Shown piece after piece: positions 38,016-47,856 of a stretch of 64,000 nt of DNA. The stretch comes from a virus: positions 1 through 64,000 of the IMG/VR virus record IMGVR_UViG_3300043827_000628, one strand, 5' to 3'. Under the pieces are notes generated by a model, which had not been told where the DNA came from, did not search any database, and worked only from the letters and a program-made list of their open reading frames with translations. Both the position numbers and the translations under genes were made by a program. Each line of letters begins with the position of its first letter. Within the stretch, counting starts at the first letter, position 1.

Positions 38016-39065
38016 ATGAGTAAGAATATTATTATTACTGGTATTACAGGTCAAGACGGATCTTATATGGTAGATTATTTATTGAAAAATACAGATTACA
38101 ATATTGTTGGAATTAGGCGCAGAAGCTCAAATCCAAATTTACAAAACCTCAAACATAATTTAAATAATAGTAGATTCAAGATGTTGATTGCCGATCTTTC
38201 CGATAGCAATTCAATAGATGAGATTGTTAAGGAAATTATACCACATTATTTTATTAATTTTGCCGCCCAGTCTTTCGTTGGAAGTAGTTGGCAAATACCA
38301 CTTCAAACATTTGACGCCACAGCTTTAGGAGTTTTAAGATGTTTGGAAGCGATTAGAAAATATGCGCCAAAATGTAGGTTTTATTCTGCAGGTTCAAGCG
38401 AGGAAATGGGAGACGTTTTATATACACCTCAAGATTTAAATCATCCAATTAGACCTAGAAGCCCTTATGGAGCAGCAAAAGCAGCGGCAAGACATATAAC
38501 TAAGGTCTACAGAGAATCTTACGATCTTTTCGCTATACATTCTATACTTTACAACCATGAAAGCGAAAGAAGGGGCGAAGAATTTGTTACGAGAAAAATA
38601 TCTAAAGGGGTAGCAAATATTTTTAAAGCAATAAAAAACAATGAAGAAATAAAGCCAATAGAATTGGGAAATCTTGACTCAAAAAGAGATTGGAGTCATG
38701 CAGAAGATTTTATCGAAGGAATTTGGCTGATGTTAAATCAATCAAGCCCAAAGGAATATATTTTATCTTCTAATGAAACTCATACCATAAGAGAGTTTAT
38801 ACAAGAAGCATTTAAAGTAATTGATATTGAAGGGCATTGGATATATACTGGAGATGGCAGAGCAGAAGATGAAGCCTTTTATTTAAAAACAGAAAAAGAA
38901 AATTATATATCACTTGTTAAAGTAAATCCTAAGTTTTATCGTCCAGCAGAAGTTAATTTATTACAGGGAGATTCTTCAATCGCTAGACAAGAACTAAATT
39001 GGACACCAAAAAATTCGTTTAAAGATCTAGTTCGCAGGATGGTCAATTCAGACTTAAATCAGTAG
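38016..39065 (+). CDS. gmd: GDP-mannose 4,6-dehydratase
   Basis: ITGITGQDGSY, AAQSFV, SPYGAAK, NHESERRGEEFVTRKI, LGNLDSKRDW and YRPAEV. Confidence 0.95.
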   Translation: MSKNIIITGITGQDGSYMVDYLLKNTDYNIVGIRRRSSNPNLQNLKHNLNNSRFKMLIADLSDSNSIDEIVKEIIPHYFINFAAQSFVGSSWQIPLQTFDATALGVLRCLEAIRKYAPKCRFYSAGSSEEMGDVLYTPQDLNHPIRPRSPYGAAKAAARHITKVYRESYDLFAIHSILYNHESERRGEEFVTRKISKGVANIFKAIKNNEEIKPIELGNLDSKRDWSHAEDFIEGIWLMLNQSSPKEYILSSNETHTIREFIQEAFKVIDIEGHWIYTGDGRAEDEAFYLKTEKENYISLVKVNPKFYRPAEVNLLQGDSSIARQELNWTPKNSFKDLVRRMVNSDLNQ

Positions 39066-39081
39066 TAGTGTAATTCTTAGT

Positions 39082-40047
39082 GTGGATAATTTATTAAAAA
39101 GATTTGAAGTAAATAAATTTTTTTTTAAAAATAAAAATAAATATAAAATATATGATTGCTTTCTATTTTTAAATGAGAATGATCTACTAGAAATTAGATT
39201 AAATGAGTTGTCAGATGTAGTAGATTATTTTATTATTGTGGAGTCAAAGTTAACATTTACAAAACATGCAAAGCCATTTAATTTTGATATACAAAGATTC
39301 GCAAAATTTAAAGATCAAATTATTTATATTCAAGATGAACAATATATCAAATCCCCAAACCCATGGGAAACAGAAAAATATCAAAGAAATAAATTAATAG
39401 AAGGATTAAATTTGCCATATTTAGATATAAAAGCCTCACAACAAGATCTAATAATATTGAGTGATTTAGATGAAATTCCCAAGAAAGAGTCAATAAAAGA
39501 TGTCTTTTTTGAAATATATAAAAATAATAAAAAGTATGTTAAATTAAATCTTAAAAGCTTTAGATATGCAATTAACAACCAGATGATTACAGATCAAGAA
39601 TGGGCTGGACCAACCTGTACAAAAAGAATTGATATATCTACAATGCAAGAATTAAGAAAAGAGAATAATGCATTTTATATTAAAAATTCTGGTTGGCATT
39701 ATTCATGGATGGGAAATCCAGAAGATATTATATACAAGCTTAGATCCTATTCTCATAAAGAAAACGACAAATGGCCTAATAATGATGTAAGTTTTATTAA
39801 GGAAAGGATTAGTAAAGGATATTCATGCCTAGGGCATGAAGAATGTCTATTTAAAATTATAGATTTAAACAAGAAAAATTGCTCAAAGTATGTCTTGAAA
39901 AACAAAGAAAAATATGATAAACTAATATTTAAGCATGAAAAAAGTTCCATCTGGGCACAAATTACTTCATTATATCATAAAAAAGTTTGTGAAATCAAAG
40001 AATATTCCTTGGGGATACGAAATAAATCAAGCAAAAAAATTAATTAA
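39082..40047 (+). CDS. second GT17-like glycosyltransferase
   Basis: IYDCFLFLNENDLLEIRL, SDLDEIP and GWHYSWMG; has its own GTGTAA motif. Confidence 0.88.
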   Translation: MDNLLKRFEVNKFFFKNKNKYKIYDCFLFLNENDLLEIRLNELSDVVDYFIIVESKLTFTKHAKPFNFDIQRFAKFKDQIIYIQDEQYIKSPNPWETEKYQRNKLIEGLNLPYLDIKASQQDLIILSDLDEIPKKESIKDVFFEIYKNNKKYVKLNLKSFRYAINNQMITDQEWAGPTCTKRIDISTMQELRKENNAFYIKNSGWHYSWMGNPEDIIYKLRSYSHKENDKWPNNDVSFIKERISKGYSCLGHEECLFKIIDLNKKNCSKYVLKNKEKYDKLIFKHEKSSIWAQITSLYHKKVCEIKEYSLGIRNKSSKKIN

Positions 40048-40279
40048 ATTTGAAGAGAACGCTTGGTTTTGGCTCAAAATTAAATCAAAAGAATTAAAAT
40101 CTTTAGATTGGCTATTATCTTATAAAGGAAAAAAGTTTCTTTTAAAAGAAAAAGCGTTATTAGATGTTGACAAAACTAATAAAATCACATATAATTTAAA
40201 AGATGATAAAATCGGAAATGATAAACCTATCGTAAAAAAACCAAAAACATTAAAGGAGTTTTTAAATGGCAAGACCTAA
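39935..40279 (+). CDS. hypothetical protein
   Basis: 114 aa, coupled to the recA-like gene; overlaps the upstream ORF by 113 nt. Confidence 0.6.
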   Translation: MKKVPSGHKLLHYIIKKFVKSKNIPWGYEINQAKKLIKFEENAWFWLKIKSKELKSLDWLLSYKGKKFLLKEKALLDVDKTNKITYNLKDDKIGNDKPIVKKPKTLKEFLNGKT

Positions 40280-41408
40280 AGCAGTTGTAGAAGAAGTAGC
40301 TCAAGGACCTATATCAAATGATAGGTTAAAAGCATTTTTAAAAGATAATAAAGAAGACCATTATAATTTTGAAGATGAAATTTACTATAAAGTATCATCT
40401 GGCAGCTTAAATTTAGATTTTGTAATGGGAGGAGGATTTAGTCCGGGGTTACATAGATTTCTTGGAATGAATGAAGGTGGAAAAACATCCGAAGCCTTAG
40501 AAGTCATGAAAAACTTCCTTAAAACAGTTACAAATGCAAGAGGAGTTTTAATTAAAGCTGAAGGTAGACTCTCAAAAGAGATTCAAGAAAGGTCGGGAAT
40601 CGAATATATAACAGATCCGGACAAATGGAAAGACGGAAATTGTTTTGTATTTGAATGTAATATATTTGAAACAGTTTCAGAATTGATGCTTGAACTTGTA
40701 AAAAATAACCCTGAAAATAAAAAATATTTATTCATTTTAGATTCTGTAGACGGATTAATGCCAAAAAATGACGTAGGGAAAACTCTATCAGACGCAACGA
40801 AGGTCGCTGGTGGAGCAGTAATATCCTCAGTTTTAATGAAAAAAATGTCTATCGCCTTATCTAAGAGAGGTCACATGGCAATCTTTATTAGCCAAGTTCG
40901 ATCAGATATTAAACTTGATCCATATGCAGTAAATAAAGATATCAGACAAACTACTGCTACAGGCGGAAATGCATTATTACATTTTGCAAATTGGATTATT
41001 GAATTTGAGCCACGTTTTAATAGAGATCTTATATTAGAGAAACCAAACGAGAAATACGACTCAATTAAGAATAAAATTATTGGTCATACAGCAAAACTTA
41101 CAATTAAAAAGTCGACAAATGAAACAACAAATCATAAAGTAGAGTATCCAATTAAGTATGGACGTAAAAGCGGAACATCTATTTGGAGAGAATATGAAAT
41201 TATTGATCAACTTATCGCTTGGCAATTTGTTACAGCAAAAGGAGCTTGGATTACAGTAGGTGATGATCTAATCAAAGAATTAAAAGATGCAAATCTAGAT
41301 TTAACTAAACAACATCAAGGAATAGATAATTTTAGAAAATATTTAGAAGAAAATCCAAAGATCACAGAATATTTATTTGATAAATATAAAAAATTAATAC
41401 CTGCATGA
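40266..41408 (+). CDS. RecA/UvsX-like recombinase
   Basis: SGSLNLD...GGG, GMNEGGKTS, ILDSV, ISQVR and TGGNALLHFA. Confidence 0.9.
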   Translation: MARPKAVVEEVAQGPISNDRLKAFLKDNKEDHYNFEDEIYYKVSSGSLNLDFVMGGGFSPGLHRFLGMNEGGKTSEALEVMKNFLKTVTNARGVLIKAEGRLSKEIQERSGIEYITDPDKWKDGNCFVFECNIFETVSELMLELVKNNPENKKYLFILDSVDGLMPKNDVGKTLSDATKVAGGAVISSVLMKKMSIALSKRGHMAIFISQVRSDIKLDPYAVNKDIRQTTATGGNALLHFANWIIEFEPRFNRDLILEKPNEKYDSIKNKIIGHTAKLTIKKSTNETTNHKVEYPIKYGRKSGTSIWREYEIIDQLIAWQFVTAKGAWITVGDDLIKELKDANLDLTKQHQGIDNFRKYLEENPKITEYLFDKYKKLIPA

Positions 41409-41824
41409 GGTTATATAGCGTAAACGGAAAGCTTGTAAACAAAAATGTTTCAAGATATCTTGTTGATTGGGATAAATCCAGCAGAAGTAAAATTCAATTT
41501 AATATAAAAAAATTTTTTGAACAATACTGGAAAAGTCATATTGTATATGAAGAGTTTCCTGTTTATGGATCTTTAATGAAAGTTGATTTACTTAACGCTA
41601 CAAAAAAAATCGCAATTGAAGTTAATGGCGAGCAACATGAAAATTTTAATGAATTTTTTCACGCAAATTCGCGGATAAATTATTTGCAAAGCATAAAAAG
41701 AGATTGCAAAAAAGCAGAATGGTTAGAAAAAAATAATTTTAAATTTATTGAATTGTATCAAAAAGATTTAAAAAATTTATCGCCAAATTTCTTCTTAGAA
41801 AATTTCGATATAAACATATTTTAG
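41405..41824 (+). CDS. Vsr/DUF559-like endonuclease
   Basis: EEFPV...VD...IAIEVNGEQH...RD..K motifs. Confidence 0.75.
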   Translation: MRLYSVNGKLVNKNVSRYLVDWDKSSRSKIQFNIKKFFEQYWKSHIVYEEFPVYGSLMKVDLLNATKKIAIEVNGEQHENFNEFFHANSRINYLQSIKRDCKKAEWLEKNNFKFIELYQKDLKNLSPNFFLENFDINIF

Positions 41825-41837
41825 TGTAAAATTTTAT

Positions 41838-42086
41838 GTGCAGAAAGATTTTCCGAAGTCGTTGCTTGAATCATTAAATGAAAATTCATTTGGAGGATTT
41901 ATTTTATTTAATTTTAATGCGGAAGGTGATCCTCAAGTAATGACAAAATTTGATAATCAATTAAATGCTATGGCTTTACAGCAATATGTTAATTATTGGG
42001 CAGAAGCTATGAACTCATTAAATATAGAATGCACAATACAAAATATTGCAGAGATCGGCAAAAAGAAACGCAAGAAAAAAGATTAG
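41838..42086 (+). CDS. hypothetical protein
   Basis: GTG start 8 nt after GTGTAA. Confidence 0.65.
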   Translation: MQKDFPKSLLESLNENSFGGFILFNFNAEGDPQVMTKFDNQLNAMALQQYVNYWAEAMNSLNIECTIQNIAEIGKKKRKKKD

Positions 42087-42115
42087 TTGACTTAAAAATA
42101 AATGCAAGATAAACT
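42087..42115 (+). promoter_or_regulatory. sigma70-type promoter (leaderless)
   Basis: TTGACT-N17-TAAACT with ATG 8 nt downstream. Confidence 0.65.
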
Positions 42116-42123
42116 TATATAGT

Positions 42124-43614
42124 ATGCCTATATATTCTATTCAAGTAGAGCGTCATGTTTTAGGAGGACTGATTAGAAATCCAGAAATATTTTTTGATGT
42201 TTCAAGATTTATATCTGAAAAAGATTTTTTTAACGATGTTCATACAACAATATTTTCTTGTATTAAAGATGAGCTTAATAAAAATAATAAGATAGATAAA
42301 GTTTTATTGGCGCAAAAGATAAAAAATCTTGGAATATCCTTTAAAGATGAAATTGACATTTTCTCTTATATAGAGGCTTTATTTTTAACACAAATAAACG
42401 TACAAGGAACATTGAATGCTTGCAAAGAGCTTAGTAAAATAAAGGTTCGTAGGGAACTGTTTGAAACAGCAGAAAATGTTAAGAAATATGTAAAAGATAA
42501 TCCAGAAGATGGAATTGATTCAATAGTATCAAAAGTAGATGAAATCTATAATAATAAAGTATCTCAATATTATATTGAAGGCGAGCCAGTAAATCTTTTT
42601 GAAGAAATGGAGAATATTATTGAAGAGATCGGTAACAATCCAAGAGAAGAGACGGGTTTAAAGACCCCTTATAATAATTTTAATAATTTATATGGAGGAC
42701 TAAAACAAGGGAATATTTATTCTATAGTAAGTAGACCTGGACAAGGAAAATCAACTTGGCTTAATGATATTGCATATAAAACAGCTAATATGTGCAATAA
42801 AAATACAAAAGCCTTAATTCTAGATACCGAAATGTCTACTCTTGATACGCAAATGAGATTAGTAGCAAGTATTTCTGGAGTACCCTTATGGTTTATTGAA
42901 ACGGGCAATTGGAGAAAGAATCCAGAGATGATTCAAAAAGTAAGAGATGCTTGGCCAAAGGTCAAGGGAATGACGCATTATCATTATCATGTTGCAAATA
43001 AGAATATTGATGAAGTTGCTTCAATTATTCGCAGATGGTATTATACCAAAGCCGGTAGAGGTAAGCAAGCCTTGATTGCATATGACTATATAAAATTAAC
43101 TGGTGAAAAAGTTAGCCAAAATTGGGCAGAGCACCAAGCGATTGGTGAAAAGATTGACAAGCTTAAAAGAATTTCAGAGGAAATTAAATGTCCAGTTATT
43201 ACTGCGATGCAATTAAACAGAACTGGAGAAAACTTTAATAGAAGTGCAAATCAAGTAACAGACGATAGTTCTGCTATTGCATTATCAGATCGTATGCAAT
43301 GGTTCGCTTCATTTGTAGGCATCTTTAGAAGAAAAACTCAAGACGAAATCCAAACAGATGGAGAACAGTTTGGCACACATAAATTAATTGCAATTAAAAC
43401 AAGATTCCAAGGCAGAGAAGGCACAGGGCATCATGATTTAGTTCGCCGAAGAACTGGCGAAAATGAATTCAAATACTTTAATAATTACATAAACTTTGAA
43501 GTAGGTAATTTTAACGTAGAAGAAAGAGGAACTTTGCGTGAAATCGTAGATGCAGAAAATGAAAGACTAGATTTTGATCAAGGCGGTCAAAATGAAGATG
43601 GAGAATTATTATGA
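42124..43614 (+). CDS. dnaB: replicative DNA helicase
   Basis: ERHVLG N-domain, SRPGQGKS, DTEMS, DYI and QLNR. Confidence 0.93.
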   Translation: MPIYSIQVERHVLGGLIRNPEIFFDVSRFISEKDFFNDVHTTIFSCIKDELNKNNKIDKVLLAQKIKNLGISFKDEIDIFSYIEALFLTQINVQGTLNACKELSKIKVRRELFETAENVKKYVKDNPEDGIDSIVSKVDEIYNNKVSQYYIEGEPVNLFEEMENIIEEIGNNPREETGLKTPYNNFNNLYGGLKQGNIYSIVSRPGQGKSTWLNDIAYKTANMCNKNTKALILDTEMSTLDTQMRLVASISGVPLWFIETGNWRKNPEMIQKVRDAWPKVKGMTHYHYHVANKNIDEVASIIRRWYYTKAGRGKQALIAYDYIKLTGEKVSQNWAEHQAIGEKIDKLKRISEEIKCPVITAMQLNRTGENFNRSANQVTDDSSAIALSDRMQWFASFVGIFRRKTQDEIQTDGEQFGTHKLIAIKTRFQGREGTGHHDLVRRRTGENEFKYFNNYINFEVGNFNVEERGTLREIVDAENERLDFDQGGQNEDGELL

Positions 43615-44267
43615 ATGTAAAATTAATATCTATAACTCAACCATATATTGATGGCATCAATAATGCCGAAGACTTGGTTGCTTATTGTGCAAGAGTCAGC
43701 AATCCATCCAATCAAATGAATACGGAGACTGCACCAAGATTGTTGAGCTTCTTAATCAAGCATAAGCATTGGTCCCCTTTTGAACTTGTAGATATGACAG
43801 TAGAAATAAAGACAAGTAGAGCTATAGCTGCACAAATTTTGAGGCATCGCTCATTTTCTTTTCAAGAATTTAGTCAAAGATATAGCGTAGCTGCAGAGTT
43901 TGAGGATATTGAATTAAGATTACAGGGCGATAAAAATAGACAAGTTGGTGAGAATCTTATGCCAGTCACAAATCCTGCATACAAAAATATTAGCAATTTA
44001 ATTGGAGAATCAATAGCATTATCTCATCATTGTTATGAAACGATGATTGAAAATGGCGTAGCGAAAGAAGTAGCAAGAATGGTTTTACCACTTACAACAG
44101 AAACAACAATGTATATGAAAGGTTCTCTGCGAAGCTGGATTCATTATCTTGAGCTAAGAACAGAGCAAAACACGCAAAAAGAACACAGAATAATTGCAGA
44201 TAGATGTAAGAAAATCTTTATTAAAGAATTTCCTCTCATTAGCGAAGCTTTACAATGGAAAACATAA
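43611..44267 (+). CDS. thyX: FAD-dependent thymidylate synthase
   Basis: HWSPFE, RHRSFSFQEFSQRY, EVARMVLP and TQKEHR. Confidence 0.97.
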   Translation: MNVKLISITQPYIDGINNAEDLVAYCARVSNPSNQMNTETAPRLLSFLIKHKHWSPFELVDMTVEIKTSRAIAAQILRHRSFSFQEFSQRYSVAAEFEDIELRLQGDKNRQVGENLMPVTNPAYKNISNLIGESIALSHHCYETMIENGVAKEVARMVLPLTTETTMYMKGSLRSWIHYLELRTEQNTQKEHRIIADRCKKIFIKEFPLISEALQWKT

Positions 44268-45163
44268 AAGAAATTTTATCGAATCTTGGATATAACCTTA
44301 AGGAATATTCTAAGGAATATCGTACAAGACCATTGTATAGAGATTCAGATAATGAAAATGTATTAGTTATTTATAAAGATTCTGGAAGATGGGTAGATTT
44401 TAAAGAAAATTTAACTGGTAATTTACAAGACCTAGTTAGGATTACCTTAAATTTATCTAATAATGTAGAAGCAAAAGAATGGATTAGTCAAAAAGCCCCA
44501 AATACAAATACTTATACTGTATATAAAAAACCAGAAATCAAACAAGTAAAATGCTATTCTCCAGAAGTTTTACTTAAACTTGTCAAAGACCACGGTTTTT
44601 GGAACAAACGAAGTATATCAAATGAAACAATGGAAGCATTTGAAGGAGGAATCTTGCAAGAAGGCAGAATGAAAGGCAGATATGTTTTTCCAATTTTTGA
44701 TAAGGAAAGACAATTGATTGGAGTTGCGGGTAGAGATATTCTTAATAGAAGCGAAAAAATATGTCCTAAATGGAAACTTGTGGGTGATAAAATTAATTGG
44801 AAATATCCATTACAAGTAAATTTAAAAATATTATCTGAATCAAAAAGTGTTATTTTAATTGAAAGTATTGGAGATATGTTGGCCTTATGGGAAGCAGGAA
44901 TTAAAAATACAATTGTTACATTTGGATTAAATTTAAATACAGGAATATTAAATACTTTATTAATATTGAATCCAAGTAAAATCTATATATCATTTAATAA
45001 TGATTCAACTAAAAATAATGCTGGCAATTTGGCAGCCGAAAAAGCAAAAGAAAAATTATTGAAACATTTTGATAAACATCAAATATCAATAATATTACCC
45101 ACACAAAAAGACTTTGGAGAAATGACAAGACAAGAAATTATTCAATGGAAAACAAATCTATAA
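44255..45163 (+). CDS. dnaG: DnaG-type primase
   Basis: GRYVFPI...GVAGR, TOPRIM ILIESIGD and FNND, KDFGEM. Confidence 0.85.
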   Translation: MENIKEILSNLGYNLKEYSKEYRTRPLYRDSDNENVLVIYKDSGRWVDFKENLTGNLQDLVRITLNLSNNVEAKEWISQKAPNTNTYTVYKKPEIKQVKCYSPEVLLKLVKDHGFWNKRSISNETMEAFEGGILQEGRMKGRYVFPIFDKERQLIGVAGRDILNRSEKICPKWKLVGDKINWKYPLQVNLKILSESKSVILIESIGDMLALWEAGIKNTIVTFGLNLNTGILNTLLILNPSKIYISFNNDSTKNNAGNLAAEKAKEKLLKHFDKHQISIILPTQKDFGEMTRQEIIQWKTNL

Positions 45164-46137
45164 AAATTTTATCGGCTTCAAGAATTAAAACTCTAGAAAC
45201 ATGCTCTTGGGTCTATTGGAATAATTATCACACTAAAGTTCCTCAAACCCAAAATGATGGGGCATTAAGAGGCATAGTATGTCATAAGATATTTGAAATT
45301 CTATCAAATAAAAAGCATAAAAAACATTTTAACTCAATAATAAAAAAGAACTCTATAAAAGGTAGTAAAGCTATAGAAAGATTAACTAAAAAATTAATAA
45401 ATCAGGCTCCGTTAGATATGAACAATTTTGAAATAATTGATGAAATGATTCTAGTTGGATTAAAACATGATTTTTATGGTGAAGACGGCAAAATCGTATC
45501 TCCAGAATATGCTTTTGAGATCAAAAGTGAAAATCCAAAATACCATGTTAAAGGATTTATTGATAAGCCTATTAAAATCAAAAATAAAATGCTTATAATT
45601 GACTACAAGAGCTCCAAAGCTAAATTTAGGGGTGATGACCTTGAAGCCAATATTCAAGCAATGATGTATAGTTTAGCTAGTAAAAAATTATGGCCTAAAC
45701 TTAAGCCTATAGTTCGTTTTTTATTTTTAAGATTTCCAAAACAACCAGTCCAAGAACTTGAATTTGATGATAATCAAATAAAAGGATTCGAACATTATCT
45801 TGAATATGTCAATGCCCATATTAATAATTTTAATATTGATAGTGCACAATCTAATTTTGCAGTAGACAATCCTAAAAGCAAATGGATGTGCGGTGTTGGT
45901 AATTGGAAATGTCCATACAAAGATTTATTTGAATATTACGTTAAATTAAATGATAAGGATGAAATCATTGAATCTAATTTCGATGGTAAATTTAAAGTTA
46001 TAGAAGGATTTAAAATAGAAAAAAGAAAATACGCTGGATGTCCAAGGTTTAATAATGTTTCCATCAATCAATCAACAGATGATATTTTAGATGAAATTAC
46101 ATCAAAATCAAAAGACGCATTTGATGATTTATCTTGA
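45145..46137 (+). CDS. PD-(D/E)XK exonuclease (RecB/AddB/Cas4-like)
   Basis: LSASRI...C, GIVCH, KGFID, IIDYKS, QAMMY and C-terminal cysteines. Confidence 0.85.
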   Translation: MENKSIKILSASRIKTLETCSWVYWNNYHTKVPQTQNDGALRGIVCHKIFEILSNKKHKKHFNSIIKKNSIKGSKAIERLTKKLINQAPLDMNNFEIIDEMILVGLKHDFYGEDGKIVSPEYAFEIKSENPKYHVKGFIDKPIKIKNKMLIIDYKSSKAKFRGDDLEANIQAMMYSLASKKLWPKLKPIVRFLFLRFPKQPVQELEFDDNQIKGFEHYLEYVNAHINNFNIDSAQSNFAVDNPKSKWMCGVGNWKCPYKDLFEYYVKLNDKDEIIESNFDGKFKVIEGFKIEKRKYAGCPRFNNVSINQSTDDILDEITSKSKDAFDDLS

Positions 46138-46168
46138 CATATCAACTAAAATATAGTATAAATAAAAC

Positions 46169-46930
46169 ATGTGTAATATAATACCTTTATTTAAAAGTCA
46201 TTTTTCAATAGGTAAAAGTATATTGACTCTTGAAGAAAAAAATGAAGAAGAGAATGAACCAGATTCAATCATACAAATTGCTAGAGACAACAAGTTAAAA
46301 AAGGTATTTCTTGTCGAGGACTGTTTTAGTGGTTTTCTGCAAGCTTATAAAAATCTAAAAGCAGTGAATATTGATCTCGTATTCGGTATTAAATTTGTAT
46401 TTTGTGATAATATAGCAAATAAGAACGAGGAAGAATTAAAAAAGCATCATAAATTAATATTATTTGCTAATGGTGACGAAGGATACACAACATTAATTAA
46501 ATTATGGACAAAAGCTAATACTGATGGTTTTTACTATACGCCTAGATTGGATATGAATATTTTAAAAGAAAACTTTAATGATGGTATTAAAATTGCTATA
46601 CCATTTTATGATAATTTTATATTTAACAATTCTTTGAAAGGATATCAATGTCTGCCTTTTATTGAAAACTATAAACCATTTGTTTTTATAGAAAATAATA
46701 AATTAATTTTTGATGGTTTAATCAAGAATAAGATGGAAGATTTTGCAAAATTAAACAAATTAGATTTAATAAAAACAAAGAGTATTTATTACAAAAATAA
46801 AAAAGATTTTAAAAGTTTTCTAACTTTTAGATGCATTAATAATCGAACCACCTTGAACAAACCAGAAATGGAACATATGTCTAGTAATGAATTTTGTTTC
46901 GAAAGTTGGAAGGAGCAAAATCATGGATGA
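46169..46930 (+). CDS. stand-alone PHP domain of DNA polymerase III alpha
   Basis: SHFSI.KSI, LILFANGDEGYTTLIKL and GFYYTPRLD align with the DnaE N-terminus; metal ligands are degenerate. Confidence 0.85.
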   Translation: MCNIIPLFKSHFSIGKSILTLEEKNEEENEPDSIIQIARDNKLKKVFLVEDCFSGFLQAYKNLKAVNIDLVFGIKFVFCDNIANKNEEELKKHHKLILFANGDEGYTTLIKLWTKANTDGFYYTPRLDMNILKENFNDGIKIAIPFYDNFIFNNSLKGYQCLPFIENYKPFVFIENNKLIFDGLIKNKMEDFAKLNKLDLIKTKSIYYKNKKDFKSFLTFRCINNRTTLNKPEMEHMSSNEFCFESWKEQNHG

Positions 46931-47564
46931 ACATCTTTTAAGATTTGATAAAAGTAAGACTTTTTTATTTATAGATTGCGAGACATTTAATTTATGTTTG
47001 AATTTTTGTCATAATCTACCTTGGGAAATTGCTATGTTAAAATGTCAAAGCGACAGAATCATAGATTCTAAAGACATTTATTTAAAATGGAAAACTCATT
47101 TAAAAATAAGTAAAGATGCAGCAAAAATTACAAGATTTGATCCTAAAACAATAAAAAAAAATGGTATTGATCCCGAAGCATTTTTTCCTACATTAAAAGA
47201 TTGGATAGATAAGACAGATTATATTGTTGGTCATAATATAATAGGATTTGATCTATATATAATAAATGAATATTATAAATTTATGGGTATAAATCCAATT
47301 GATTTTTTGTCTAAATCTATAGATACGAATTTATTGTATAAAGGAATCAAGACGGGAATATCTTATGATTCTAAAAAAGAAAGTTTACAAGAATATATGT
47401 ATAAACTTTACCATACGAAATTTAAAAATGTAAGGACAAATTTAACTGCTGCTGGAAAAGATTTAGATATTCAGCATGATTATGAATCTTTGCACAATGC
47501 GCTCTCAGATCTAGAGTTGAATTTCAAAGTCTGGAATAAAATTAAATATATGGTCAACATTTGA
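46923..47564 (+). CDS. DEDDh 3'-5' exonuclease (Pol III epsilon-like)
   Basis: IDCET, VGHNIIGFD, IDT and HNALSD motifs; start moved to ATG 46923. Confidence 0.88.
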   Translation: MDEHLLRFDKSKTFLFIDCETFNLCLNFCHNLPWEIAMLKCQSDRIIDSKDIYLKWKTHLKISKDAAKITRFDPKTIKKNGIDPEAFFPTLKDWIDKTDYIVGHNIIGFDLYIINEYYKFMGINPIDFLSKSIDTNLLYKGIKTGISYDSKKESLQEYMYKLYHTKFKNVRTNLTAAGKDLDIQHDYESLHNALSDLELNFKVWNKIKYMVNI

Positions 47565-47601
47565 TTGCGTTCTAGATAAAAAAGGAATATAATAACTAAT
47601 T

Positions 47602-47856
47602 ATGGCATCAATGGATTTTATATACGATATTCTCAATAAATTTGAGAAAGAAAATATTGATTATCTTTTAATAACATTGCAACATGGAAAAACTAATAGT
47701 AAAGCAGATGTATTTTATTCATTGAACAATGAAGAAAAATCATTTATAGCTCTTAAACAAGGACTAACAGAGTTTCAATCAAATTTAGATAGATCTATCA
47801 ACAGACACAGTTCAAACAAAAAACGTAAAAGAAAAAAGGATGATGACGAATATTGA
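47602..47856 (+). CDS. hypothetical protein
   Basis: Preceded by TTGCGT-N17-TATAAT (47565-47593). Confidence 0.65.
   Translation: MASMDFIYDILNKFEKENIDYLLITLQHGKTNSKADVFYSLNNEEKSFIALKQGLTEFQSNLDRSINRHSSNKKRKRKKDDDEY

Noticed and set aside
45145-46137. CRISPR-Cas (Cas4-like nuclease)
   Set aside because: No repeat-spacer array or other cas genes are present; solo Cas4/RecB-like nucleases are common in phage replication modules.
46171-46176. GTGTAA at the start of the PHP gene (and at 23610 inside the 33-nt repeat)
   Set aside because: Both lie inside coding sequence with no suitably placed start codon downstream, so they were treated as chance matches.
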